Source: Auanema rhodensis
Taxonomy: Eukaryota > Animalia > Nematoda
Assembly: GCA_964057225.1 (NCBI GenBank)
Contig: OZ059898.1
Location: 21,390,001 to 21,454,000 of the forward strand
Direction: 5' to 3'
Length of the DNA: 64,000 bases
Shown here: positions 30,434-45,203 of the stretch, one piece after another
Layout of the letters: each line of letters begins with the position of its first letter
How positions within the stretch are numbered: the stretch's first letter is position 1
Notes under the pieces: model-generated
Told to the model about the DNA's origin: nothing
Seen by the model: only the letters and a program-made list of their open reading frames with translations
The model's database searches: none
Made by a program: the position numbers and the translations under genes

Positions 30434-33400
30434 ATGTACACGTGATGTGCACTTGGTATGTAACTCGCTTCACGTGAAAGATAAAGAGATGCGGTTTTCA
30501 AAATTAGATTCCCCATGTCCATATTAGTCTAAAAACAAATTTTTATTGATATTGGTGCATGGTAACCATGACTTTGAAATTTACGTGAACTTTAATTTAT
30601 GCTAATTAAATGTACACGTGATGTGCCCTTGGTATGTAACTCGCTTCACATGAAAGATAAAGAGATGCGGTTTTCAAAATTAGATTCCCCATGTCCATAT
30701 TAGTCTACAATCAAATTTTTATTGATATTGGTTCATGGTAACCATGACTTTGAAATTTACGTGAACTTTAATTTATGCTAATTAAATGTACACGTGATGT
30801 GCACTTGGTATGTAACTCGCTTCACGTGGAAGATAAAGAGATGCGGTTTTCAAAATTAGATTCCTCATGTCCATATTAGTCTAAAAACAAATTTTTATTG
30901 ATATTGGTGCATGGTAACCATGACTTTGAAATTTACGTGAACTTTAATTTATGCTAATTAAATGTACACGTGATGTGCACTTGGTATGTAACTCGCTTCA
31001 CGTGAAAGATAAAGAGATGCGGTTTTCAAAATTAGATTCCCCATGTCTATATTAGTTTAAAAACAAATTTTTATTGATATTGGTTCATGGTAACCATGAC
31101 TTTGAAATTTACGTGAACTTTAATTTATGCTAATTGAATGTACACGTGATGTGCACTTGGTATGTAACTCGCTTCACGTGAAAGATAAAGAGATGCGGTT
31201 TTCAAAATTAGATTCCCCATGTCCATATTAGTCTAAAAACAAATTTTTATTGATATTGGTTCATGGTAACCATGACTTTGAAATTTACGTGAACTTTAAT
31301 TTATGCTAATTAAATGTACACGTGATGTGCACTTGGTATGTAACTCGCTTCACGTGAAAGATAAAGAGATGCGGTTTTCAAAATTAGATTCCCCATGTCC
31401 ATATTAGTCTAAAAACAAATTTTTATTGATATTGGTTCATGGTAACCATGACTTTGAAATTTACGTGAACTTTAATTTATGCTAATTAAATGTACACGTG
31501 ATGTGCACTTGGTATGTAACTCGCTTCACGTGAAAGATAAAGAGATGCGGTTTTCAAAATTAGATTCCCCATGTCCATATTAGTCTAAAAACAAATTTTT
31601 ATTGATATTGGTGCATGGTAACCATGACTTTGAAATTTACGTGAACTTTAATTTATGCTAATTAAATGTACACGTGATGTGCACTTGGTATGTAACTCGC
31701 TTCACGTGAAAGATAAAGAGATGCGGTTTTCAAAATTAGATTCCCCATGTCCATATTAGTCTAAAATCAAATTTTTATTGATATTGGTTCATAGTAACCA
31801 TGACTTTGAAATTTACGTGAACTTTAATTTATGCTAATTAAATGTACACGTGATGTGCACTTGGTATGTAACTGGCTTCACGTGGAAGATAAAGAGATGC
31901 GGTTTTCAAAATTAGATTCCTCATGTCCATATTAGTCTAAAAACAAATTTTTATTGATATTGGTGCATGGTAACCATGACTTTGAAATTTACGTGAACTT
32001 TAATTTATGCTAATTAAATGTACACGTGATGTGCACTTGGTATGTAACTCGCTTCACGTGAAAGATAAAGAGATGCGGTTTCCAAAATTAGATTCCCCAT
32101 GTCCATATTAGTCTAAAAACAAATTTTTATTGATATTGGTTCATGGTAACCATGACTTTGAAATTTACGTGAACTTTAATTTATGCTAATTAAATGTACA
32201 CGTGATGTGCACTTGGTATGTAACTCGCTTCACGTGAAAGATAAAGAGATGCGGTTTTCAAAATTAGATTCCCCATGTCCATATTAGTCTAAAAACAAAT
32301 TTTTATTGATATTGGTTCATGGTAACCATGACTTTGAAATTTACGTGAACTTTAATTTATGCTAATTAAATGTACACGTGATGTGCACTTGGTATGTAAC
32401 TCGCTTCACGTGAAAGATAAAGAGATGCGGTTTTCAAAATTAGATTCCTCATGTCCATATTAGTCTAAATACAAATTTTTATTGATATTGGTTCATGGTA
32501 ACCATGACTTTGAAATTTACGTGAACTTTAATTTATGCTAATTAAATGTACACGTGATGTGCACTTGGTATGTAACTCGCTTCACGTGAAAGATAAAGAG
32601 ATGCGGTTTTCAAAATTAGATTCCCCATGTCCATATTAGTCTAAAAACAAATTTTTATTGATATTGGTTCATGGTCACCATGACTTTGAAATTTACGTGA
32701 ACTTTAATTTATGCTAATTAAATGTACACGTGATGTGCACTTGGTATGTAACTCGCTTCACGTGAAAGATAAAGAGATGCGGTTTTCAAAATTAGATTCC
32801 CCATGTCCATATTAGTCTAAAAACAAATTTTTATTGATATTGGTTCATGGTCACCATGACTTTGAAATTTACGTGAACTTTAATTTATGCTAATTAATTG
32901 TACACGTGATGTGCACTTGGTATGTAACTCGCTTCACGTGAAAGATAAAGAGATGCGGTTTTCAAAATTAGATTCCCCATGTCCATATTAGTCTAAAAAC
33001 AAATTTTTATTGATATTGGTTCATGGTAACCATGACTTTGAAATTTACGTGAACTTTAATTTATGCTAATTAAATGTACACGTGATGTGCACTTGGTATG
33101 TAACTCGCTTCACGTGAAAGATAAAGAGATGCGGTTTTCAAAATTAGATTCCCCATGTCCATATTAGTCTAAAAACAAATTTTTATTGATATTGGTTCAT
33201 GGTCACCATGACTTTGAAATTTACGTGAACTTTAATTTATGCTAATTAAATGTACACGTGATGTGCACTTGGTATGTAACTCGCTTCACGTGAAAGATAA
33301 AGAGATGCGGTTTTTAAAATTAGATTCCCCATGTCCATATTAGTCTAAAAACAAATTTTTATTGATATTGGTTCATGGTCACCATGACTTTGAAATTTAC

Positions 33401-36400
33401 GTGAACTTTAATTTATGCTAATTAAATGTACACGTGATGTGCACTTGGTATGTAACTCGCTTCACGTGAAAGATAAAGAGATGCGGTTTTCACAATTAGA
33501 TTCCCCATGTCCATATTAGTCTAAAAACAAGTTTTTATTGATATTGGTGCATGGTAACCATGACTTTGAAATTTACGTGAACTTTAATTTATGCTAATTA
33601 AATGTACACGTGATGTGCACTTGGTATGTAACTCGCTTCACGTGGAAGATAAAGAGATGCGGTTTTCAAAATTAGATTCCTCATGTCCATATTAGTCTAA
33701 AAACAAATTTTTATTGATATTGGTGCATGGTAACCATGACTTTGAAATTTACGTGAACTTTAATTTATGCTAATTAAATGTACACGTGATGTGCACTTGG
33801 TATGTAACTCGCTTCACGTGAAAGATAAAGAGATGCGGTTTTCAAAATTAGATTCCCCATGTCCATATTAGTCTAAAAACAAATTTTTATTGATATTGGT
33901 TCATGGTAACCATGACTTTGAAATTTACGTGAACTTTAATTTATGCTAATTAAATGTACACGTGATGTGCACTTGGTATGTAACTCGCTTCACGTGAAAG
34001 ATAAAGAGATGCGGTTTTCAAAATTAGATTCCCCATGTCCATATTAGTCTAAAAACAAATTTTTATTGATATTGGTTCATGGTAACCATGACTTTGAAAT
34101 TTACGTGAACTTTAATTTATGCTAATTAAATGTACACGTGATGTGCACTTGGTATGTAACTCGCTTCACGTGAAAGATAAAGAGATGCGGTTTCCAAAAT
34201 TAGATTCCCCATGTCCATATTAGTCTAAAAACAAATTTTTATTGATATTGGTTCATGGTAACCATGACTTTCAAATTTACGTGAACTTTAATTTATGCTA
34301 ATTAAATGTACACGTGATGTGCACTTGGTATGTAACTCGCTTCACGTGAAAGATAAAGAGATGCGGTTTTCAAAATTAGATTCCTCATGTCCATATTAGT
34401 CTAAATACAAATTTTTATTGATATTGGTTCATGGTAACCATGACTTTGAAATTTACGTGAACTTTAATTTATGCTAATTAAATGTACACGTGATGTGCAC
34501 TTGGTATGTAACTCGCTTCACGTGAAAGATAAAGAGATGCGGTTTTCAAAATTAGATTCCCCATGTCCATATTAGTCTAAAAACAAATTTTTATTGATAT
34601 TGGTTCATGGTAACCATGACTTTGAAATTTACGTGAACTTTAATTTATGCTAATTAAATGTACACGTGATGTGCACTTGGTATGTAACTCGCTTCACGTG
34701 AAAGATAAAGAGATGCGGTTTTCAAAATTAGATTCCCCATGTCCATATTAGTCTAAAAACAAATTTTTATTGATATTGGTTCATGGTAACCATGACTTTG
34801 AAATTTACGTGAACTTTAATTTATGCTAATTAAATGTACACGTGATGTGCACTTGGTATGTAACTCGCTTCACGTGAAAGATAAAGAGATGCGGTTTCCA
34901 AAATTAGATTCCCCATGTCCATATTAGTCTAAAAACAAATTTTTATTGATATTGGTTCATGGTAACCATGACTTTCAAATTTACGTGAACTTTAATTTAT
35001 GCTAATTAAATGTACACGTGATGTGCACTTGGTATGTAACTCGCTTCACGTGAAAGATAAAGAGATGCGGTTTTCAAAATTAGATTCCTCATGTCCATAT
35101 TAGTCTAAATACAAATTTTTATTGATATTGGTTCATGGTAACCATGACTTTGAAATTTACGTGAACTTTAATTTATGCTAATTAAATGTACACGTGATGT
35201 GCACTTGGTATGTAACTCGCTTCACGTGAAAGATAAAGAGATGCGGTTTTCAAAATTAGATTCCCCATGTCCATATTAGTCTAAAAACAAATTTTTATTG
35301 ATATTGGTTCATGGTCACCATGACTTTGAAATTTACGTGAACTTTAATTTATGCTAATTAAATGTACACGTGATGTGCACTTGGTATGTAACTCGCTTCA
35401 CGTGAAAGATAAAGAGATGCGGTTTTCAAAATTAGATTCCCCATGTCCATATTAGTCTAAAAACAAATTTTTATTGATATTGGTTCATGGTAACCATGAC
35501 TTTGAAATTTACGTGAACTTTAATTTATGCTAATTAAATGTACACGTGATGTGCACTTGGTATGTAACTCGCTTCACGTGAAAGATAAAGAGATGCGGTT
35601 TTTAAAATTAGATTCCTCATGTCCATATTAGTCTAAATACAAATTTTTATTGATATTGGTTCATGGTAACCATGACTTTGAAATTTACGTGAACTTTAAT
35701 TTATGCTAATTAAATGTACACGTGATGTGCACTTGGTATGTGACTCGCTTCACGTGAAAGATAAAGAGATGCGGTTTCCAAAATTAGATTCCCCATGTCC
35801 ATATTAGTCTAAAAACAAATTTTTATTGATATTGGTTCATGGTAACCATGACTTTGAAATTTACGTGAACTTTAATTTATGCTAATTAAATGTACACGTG
35901 ATGTGCACTTGGTATGTAACTCGCTTCACGTGAAAGATAAAGAGATGCGGTTTTCAAAATTAGATTCCCCATGTCCATATTAGTCTAAAAACAAATTTTT
36001 ATTGATATTGGTTCATGGTAACCATGACTTTGAAATTTACGTGAACTTTAATTTATGCTAATTAAATGTACACGTGATGTGCACTTGGTATGTAACTCGC
36101 TTCACGTGAAAGATAAAGAGATGCGGTTTTCAAAATTAGATTCCCCATGTCCATATTAGTCTAAAAACAAATTTTTATTGATATTGCTTCATGGTAACCA
36201 TGACTTTGAAATTTACGTGAACTTTAATTTATGCTAATTAAATGTACACGTGATGTGCACTTGGTATGTAACTCGCTTCACGTGAAAGATAAAGAGATGC
36301 GGTTTTCACAATTAGATTCCCCATGTCCATATTAGTCTAAAAACAAATTTTTATTGATATTGGTGCCTGGTAACCATGACTTTGAAATTTACGTGAACTT

Positions 36401-39400
36401 TAATTTATGCTAATTAAATGTACACGTGATGTGCACTTGGTATGTAACTCGCTTCACGTGAAAGATAAAGAGATGCGGTTTTCAAAATTAGATTCCCCAT
36501 GTCCACATTAGTCTAAAAACAAATTTTTATTGATATTGGTGCATGGTAACCATGACTTTGAAATTTACGTGAACTTTAATTTATGCTAATTAAATGTACA
36601 CATGATGTGCACTTGGTATGTAACTCGCTTCACGTGAAAGATAAAGAGATGCGGTTTTCAAAATTAGATTCCCCATGTCCATATTAGTCTAAAAACAAAT
36701 TTTTATTGATATTGGTTCATGGTAACCATGACTTTGAAATTTACGTGTACTTTAATTTATGCTAATTAAATGTACACGTGATGTGCACTTGGTATGTAAC
36801 TCGCTTCACGTGAAAGATAAAGAGATGCGGTTTTCAAAATTAGATTCCCCATGTCAAAATTAGTCTAAAAACAAATTTTTATTGATATTGGTGCATGGTA
36901 ACCATGACTTTGAAATTTACGTGAACTTTAATTTATGCTAATTAAATGTACACGTGATGTGCCCTTGGTATGTAACTCGCTTCACATGAAAGATAAAGAG
37001 ATGCGGTTTTCAAAATTAGATTCCCCATGTCCATATTAGTCTAAAATCAAATTTTTATTGATATTGGTTCATGGTAACCATGACTTTGAAATTTACGTGA
37101 ACTTTAATTTATGCTAATTAAATGTACACGTGATGTGCACTTGGTATGTAACTCGCTTCACGTGGAAGATAAAGAGATGCGGTTTTCAAAATTAGATTCC
37201 TCATGTCCATATTAGTCTAAAAACAAATTTTTATTGATATTGGTGCATGGTAACCATGACTTTGAAATTTACGTGAACTTTAATTTATGCTAATTAAATG
37301 TACACGTGATGTGCACTTGGTATGTAACTCGCTTCACGTGAAAGATAAAGAGATGCGGTTTTCGAAATTAGATTCCCCATGTCTATATTAGTTTAAAAAC
37401 AAATTTTTATTGATATTGGTTCATGGTAACCATGACTTTGAAATTTACGTGAACTTTAATTTATGCTAATTGAATGTACACGTGATGTGCACTTGGTATG
37501 TAACTCGCTTCACGTGAAAGATAAAGAGATGCGGTTTTCAAAATTAGATTCCCCATGTCCATATTAGTCTAAAAACAAATTTTTATTGATATTGGTTCAT
37601 GGTAACCATGACTTTGAAATTTACGTGAACTTTAATTTATGCTAATTAAATGTACACGTGATGTGCACTTGGTATGTAACTCGCTTCACGTGAAAGATAA
37701 AGAGATGCGGTTTTCAAAATTAGATTCCCCATGTCCATATTAGTCTAAAAACAAATTTTTATTGATATTGGTGCATGGTAAATATGACTTTGAAATTCAC
37801 GTGAACTTTAATTTATGCTAATTAAATGTACACGTGATGTGCACTTGGTATGTAACTCGCTTCACGTGAAAGATAAAGAGATGCGGTTTTCAAAATTAGA
37901 TTCCTCATGTCCATATTAGTCTAAAAACAAATTTTTATTGATATTGGTGCATGGTAACCATGACTTTGAAATTTACGTGAACTTTAATTTATGCTAATTA
38001 AATGTACACGTGATGTGCACTTGGTATGTAACTCGCTTCACGTGAAAGATAAAGAGATGCGGTTTCCAAAATTAGATTCCCCATGTCCATATTAGTCTAA
38101 AAACAAATTTTTATTGATATTGGTTCATGGTAACCATGACTTTGAAATTTACGTGAACTTTAATTTATGCTAATTAAATGTACACGTGATGTGCACTTGG
38201 TATGTAACTCGCTTCACGTGAAAGATAAAGAGATGCGGTTTTCAAAATTAGATTCCCCATGTCCATATTAGTCTAAAAACAAATTTTTATTGATATTGGT
38301 GCATGGTAAATATGACTTTGAAATTTACGTGAACTTTAATTTATGCTAATTAAATGTACACGTGATGTGCACTTGGTATGTAACTCGCTTCACGTAAAAG
38401 ATAAAGAGATGCGGTTTTCAAAATTAGATTCCCCATGTCCATATTAGTCTAAAAACAAATTTTTATTGATATTGGTGCATGGTAACCATGACTTTGAAAT
38501 TTACGTGAACTTTAATTTATGCTAATTAAATGTACACGTGATGTGCACTTGGTATGTAACTCGCTTCACGTGAAAGATAAAGAGATGCGGTTTTCAAAAT
38601 TAGATTCCCCATGTCCATATTAGTCTAAAATCAAATTTTTATTGATATTGGTTCATGGTAACCATGACTTTGAAATTTACGTGAACTTTAATTTATGCTA
38701 ATTAAATGTACACGTGATGTGCACTTGGTATGTAACTCGCTTCACGTGGAAGATAAAGAGATGCGGTTTTCAAAATCAGATTCCTCATGTCCATATTAGT
38801 CTAAAAACAAATTTTTATTGATATTGGTGCATGGTAACCATGACTTTGAAATTTACGTGAACTTTAATTTATGCTAATTAAATGTACACGTGATGTGCAC
38901 TTGGTATGTAACTCGCTTCACGTGAGAGATAAAGAGATGCGGTTTCCAAAATTAGATTCCCCATGTCCATATTAGTCTAAAAACAAATTTTTATTGATAT
39001 TGGTTCATGGTAACCATGACTTTGAAATTTACGTGAACTTTAATTTATGCTAATTAAATGTACACGTGATGTGCACTTGGTATGTAACTCGCTTCACGTG
39101 AAAGATAAAGAGATGCGGTTTTCAAAATTAGATTCCCCATGTCCATATTAGTCTAAAAACAAATTTTTATTGATATTGGTTCATGGTAACCATGACTTTG
39201 AAATTTACGTGAACTTTAATTTATGCTAATTAAATGTACACGTGATGTGCACTTGGTATGTAACTCGCTTCACGTGAAAGATAAAGAGATGCGGTTTTCA
39301 AAATTAGATTCCTCATGTTTATATTAGTCTAAATACAAATTTTTATTGATATTGGTTCATGGTAACCATGACTTTGAAATTTACGTGAACTTTAATTTAT

Positions 39401-42400
39401 GCTAATTAAATGTACACGTGATGTGCACTTGGTATGTAACTCGCTTCACGTGAAAGATAAAGAGATGCGGTTTTCAAAATTAGATTCCCCATGTCCATAT
39501 TAGTCTAAAAACAAATTTTTATTGATATTGGTTCATGGTCACCATGACTTTGAAATTTACGTGAACTTTAATTTATGCTAATTAAATGTACACGTGATGT
39601 GCACTTGGTATGTAACTCGCTTCACGTGAAAGATAAAGAGATGCGGTTTTCAAAATTAGATTCCCCATGTCCATATTAGTCTAAAAACAAATTTTTATTG
39701 ATATTGGTTCATGGTCACCATGACTTTGAAATTTACGTGAACTTTAATTTATGCTAATTAAATGTACACGTGATGTGCACTTGGTATGTAACTCGCTTCA
39801 CGTGAAAGATAAAGAGATGCTGTTTTCAAAATTAGATTCTCCATGTCCATATTAGTCTAAAAACAAATTTTTATTGATATTGGTTCATGGTAACCATGAC
39901 TTTGAAATTTACGTGAACTTTAATTTATGCTAATTAAATGTACACGTGATGTGCACTTGGTATGTAACTCGCTTCACGTGAAAGATAAAGAGATGCGGTT
40001 TTCAAAATTAGATTCCCCATGTCCATATTAGTCTAAAAACAAATTTTTATTGATATTGGTTCATGGTCACCATGACTTTGAAATTTACGTGAACTTTAAT
40101 TTATGCTAATTAAATGTACACGTGATGTGCACTTGGTATGTAACTCGCTTCACGTGAAAGATAAAGAGATGCGGTTTTCAAAATTAGATTCCCCATGTCC
40201 ATATTAGTCTAAAAACAAATTTTTATTGATATTGGTTCATGGTCACCATGACTTTGAAATTTACGTGAACTTTAATTTATGCTAATTAAATGTACACGTG
40301 ATGTGCACTTGGTATGTAACTCGCTTCACGTGAAAGATAAAATGATGCCGTTTTCAAAATTAGATTCCCCATGTCCATATTAGTCTAAAAACAAATTTTT
40401 ATTGATATTGGTTCATGGTAACCATGACTTTGAAATTTACGTGAACTTTAATTTATGCTAATTAAATGTACACGTGATGTGCACTTGGTATGTAACTCGC
40501 TTCACGTGAAAGATAAAGAGATGCGGTTTTCAAAATTAGATTCCCCATGTCCATATTAGTCTAAAAACAAATTTTTATTGATATTGGTTCATGGTAACCA
40601 TGACTTTGAAATTTACGTGAACTTTAATTTATGCTAATTAAATGTACACGTGATGTGCACTTGGTATGTAACTCGCTTCACGTGAAAGATAAAGAGATGC
40701 GGTTTTCAAAATTAGATTCCCCATGTCCATATTAGTCTAAAAACAAATTTTTATTGATATTGGTTCATGGTAACCATGACTTTGAAATTTACGTGAACTT
40801 TAATTTATGCTAATTAAATGTACACGTGATGTGCACTTGGTATGTAACTCGCTTCACGTGAAAGATAAAGAGATGCGGTTTTCAAAATTAGATTCCCCAT
40901 GTCCATATTAGTCTAAAAACAAATTTTTATTGATATTGGTTCATGGTCACCATGACTTTGAAATTTACGTGAACTTTAATTTATGCTAATTAAATGTACA
41001 CGTGATGTGCACTTGGTATGTAACTCGCTTCACGTGAAAGATAAAATGATGCCGTTTTCAAAATTAGATTCCCCATGTCCATATTAGTCTAAAAACAAAT
41101 TTTTATTGATATTGGTTCATGGTAACCATGACTTTGAAATTTACGTGAACTTTAATTTATGCTAATTAAATGTACACGTGATGTGCACTTGGTATGTAAC
41201 TCGCTTCACGTGAAAGATAAAGAGATGCGGTTTTCAAAATCAGATTCCCCATGTCCATATTAGTCTAAAAACAAATTTTTATTGATATTGGTTCATGGTA
41301 ACCATGACTTTGAAATTTACGTGAACTTTAATTTATGCTAATTAAATGTACACGTGATGTGCACTTGGTATGTAACTCGCTTCACGTGAAAGATAAAGAG
41401 ATGCGGTTTTCAAAATTAGATCCCCCATGTCCATATTAGTCTAAATACAAATTTTTATTGATATTGGTTCATGGTAACCATGACTTTGAAATTTACGTGA
41501 ACTTTAATTTATGCTAATTAAATGTACACGTGATGTGCACTTGGTATGTAACTCGCTTCACGTGAAAGATAAAGAGATGCTGTTTTCAAAATTAGATTCT
41601 CCATGTCCATATTAGTCTAAAAACAAATTTTTATTGATATTGGTTCATGGTAACCATGACTTTGAAATTTACGTGAACTTTAATTTATGCTAATTAAATG
41701 TACACGTGATGTGCACTTGGTATGTAACTCGCTTCACGTGAAAGATAAAGAGATGCGGTTTTCAAAATTAGATTCCCCATGTCCATATTAGTCTAAAAAC
41801 AAATTTTTATTGATATTGGTTCATGGTAACCATGACTTTGAAATTTACGTGAACTTTAATTTATGCTAATTAAATGTACACGTGATGTGCACTTGGTATG
41901 TAACTCGCTTCACGTGAAAGATAAAGAGATGCGGTTTTCAAAATTAGATCCCCCATGTCCATATTAGTCTAAATACAAATTTTTATTGATATTGGTTCAT
42001 GGTAACCATGACTTTGAAATTTACGTGAACTTTAATTTATGCTAATTAAATGTACACGTGATGTGCACTTGGTATGTAACTCGCTTCACGTGAAAGATAA
42101 AGAGATACGGTTTTCAAAATTAGATTCCCCATGTCCATATTAGTCTAAAAACAAATTTTTATTGATATTGGTTCATGGTCACCATGACTTTGAAATTTAC
42201 GTGAACTTTAATTTATGCTAATTAAATGTACACGTGATGTGCACTTGGTATGTAACTCGCTTCACGTGAAAGATAAAGAGATGCCGTTTTCAAAATTAGA
42301 TTCCCCATGTCCATATTAGTCTAAAAACAAATTTTTATTGATATTGGCTCATGGTAACCATGACTTTGAAATTTACGTGAACTTTAATTTATGCTAATTA

Positions 42401-43633
42401 AATGTACACGTGATGTGCACTTGGTATGTAACTCGCTTCACGTGAAAGATAAAGAGATGCGGTTTTCAAAATTAGATTCCCCATGTCCATATTAGTCTAA
42501 AAACAAATTTTTATTGATATTGGTTCATGGTAACCATGACTTTGAAATTTACGTGAACTTTAATTTATGCTAATTAAATGTACACGTGATGTGCACTTGG
42601 TATGTAACTCGCTTCACGTGAAAGATAAAGAGATGCGGTTTTCAAAATTAGATTCCCCATGTCCATATTAGTCTAAAAACAAATTTTTATTGATATTGGT
42701 TCATGGTAACCATGACTTTGAAATTTACGTGAACTTTAATTTATGCTAATTAAATGTACACGTGATGTGCACTTGGTATGTAACTCGCTTCACGTGAAAG
42801 ATAAAGAGATGCGGTTTTCAAAATTAGATTCCCCATGTCCATATTAGTCTAAAAACAAATTTTTATTGATATTGGTTCATGGTAACCATGACTTTGAAAT
42901 TTACGTGAACTTTAATTTATGCTAATTAAATGTACACGTGATGTGCACTTGGTATGTAACTCGCTTCACGTGAAAGATAAAGAGATGCGGTTTTCAAAAT
43001 TAGATCCCCCATGTCCATATTAGTCTAAATACAAATTTTTATTGATATTGGTTCATGGTAACCATGACTTTGAAATTTACGTGAACTTTAATTTATGCTA
43101 ATTAAATGTACACGTGATGTGCACTTGGTATGTAACTCGCTTCACGTGAAAGATAAAGAGATGCTGTTTTCAAAATTAGATTCCCCATGTTCATATTAGT
43201 CTAAAAACAAATTTTTATTGATATTGGTTCATGGTAACCATGACTTTGAAATTTACGTGAACTTTAATTTATGCTAATTAAATGTACACGTGATGTGCAC
43301 TTGGTATGTAACACGCTTCACGTGAAAGATAAAGAGATGCGGTTTTCAAAATTAGATTCCCCATGTCCATATTAGTCTAAAAACAAATTTTTATTGATAT
43401 TGGTGCATGGTAAATATGACTTTGAAATTTACGTGAACTTTAATTTATGCTAATTAAATGTACACGTGATGTGCACTTGGTATGTAACTCGCTTCACGTG
43501 AAAGATAAAAAGATGCGGTTTTCAAAATTAGATTACTCATGTCCATATTAGTCTAAAAACAAATTTTTATTGATATTGGTTCATGGTAACCATGACTTTG
43601 AAATTTACGTGAACTTTAATTTATGCTAATTAA

Positions 43634-43802
43634 ATGTACACGTGATGTGCACTTGGTATGTAACTCGCTTCACGTGAAAGATAAAGAGATGCTGTTTTCA
43701 AAATTAGATTCTCCATGTCCATATTAGTCTAAAAACAAATTTTTATTGATATTGGTGCATGGTACTTTGAAATTTACGTGAACTTTAATTTATGCTAATT
43801 AA
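43634..43802 (+). repeat. 169-bp variant monomer (7-bp deletion: CATGGTAACCATGACTTT to CATGGTACTTT)
   Basis: GGTACTTTGA at 43761; register shifts by -7. Confidence 0.93.
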
Positions 43803-45034
43803 ATGTACACGTGATGTGCACTTGGTATGTAACTCGCTTCACGTGAAAGATAAAGAGATGCGGTTTTCAAAATTAGATTCCCCATGTTCATATTAGTCTA
43901 AAAACAAATTTTTATTGATATTGGTTCATGGTAACCATGACTTTGAAATTTACGTGAACTTTAATTTATGCTAATTAAATGTACACGTGATGTGCACTTG
44001 GTATGTAACTCGCTTCACGTGAAAGATAAAGAGATGCGGTTTTCAAAATTAGATTCCCCATGTCCATATTAGTCTAAAAACAAATTTTTATTGATATTGG
44101 TTCATGGTAACCATGACTTTGAAATTTACGTGAACTTTAATTTATGCTAATTAAATGTACACGTGATGTGCACTTGGTATGTAACTCGCTTCACGTGAAA
44201 GATAAAGAGATGCGGTTTTCAAAATTAGATTCCCCATGTTCATATTAGTCTAAAAACAAATTTTTATTGATATTGGTTCATGGTAACCATGACTTTGAAA
44301 TTTACGTGAACTTTAATTTATGCTAATTAAATGTACACGTGATGTGCACTTGGTATGTAACACGCTTCACGTGAAAGATAAAGAGATGCGGTTTTCAAAA
44401 TTAGATTCCCCATGTCCATATTAGTCTAAAAACAAATTTTTATTGATATTGGTTCATGGTAACCATGATTTTGAAATTTACGTGAACTTTAATTTATGCT
44501 AATTAAATGTACACGTGATGTGCACTTGGTATGTAACTCGCTTCACGTGAAAGATAAAGAGATGCGGTTTTCAAAATTAGATTCCCCATGTTCATATTAG
44601 TCTAAAAACAAATTTTTATTGATATTGGTTCATGGTAACCATGACTTTGAAATTTACGTGAACTTTAATTTATGCTAATTAAATGTACACGTGATGTGCA
44701 CTTGGTATGTAACACGCTTCACGTGAAAGATAAAGAGATGCGGTTTTCAAAATTAGATTCCCCATGTCCATATTAGTCTAAAAACAAATTTTTATTGATA
44801 TTGGTGCATGGTAAATATGACTTTGAAATTTACGTGAACTTTAATTTATGCTAATTAAATGTACACGTGATGTGCACTTGGTATGTAACTCGCTTCACGT
44901 GAAAGATAAAAAGATGCGGTTTTCAAAATTAGATTACTCATGTCCATATTAGTCTAAAAACAAATTTTTATTGATATTGGTTCATGGTAACCATGACTTT
45001 GAAATTTACGTGAACTTTAATTTATGCTAATTAA

Positions 45035-45203
45035 ATGTACACGTGATGTGCACTTGGTATGTAACTCGCTTCACGTGAAAGATAAAGAGATGCTGTTTTC
45101 AAAATTAGATTCTCCATGTCCATATTAGTCTAAAAACAAATTTTTATTGATATTGGTGCATGGTACTTTGAAATTTACGTGAACTTTAATTTATGCTAAT
45201 TAA
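45035..45203 (+). repeat. Second copy of the 169-bp deletion monomer
   Basis: GGTACTTTG at 45162, 1401 bp (8 monomers minus 7 bp) after the first copy, with the same linked variants (GCTGTTTT, TTCTCC). Confidence 0.93.
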
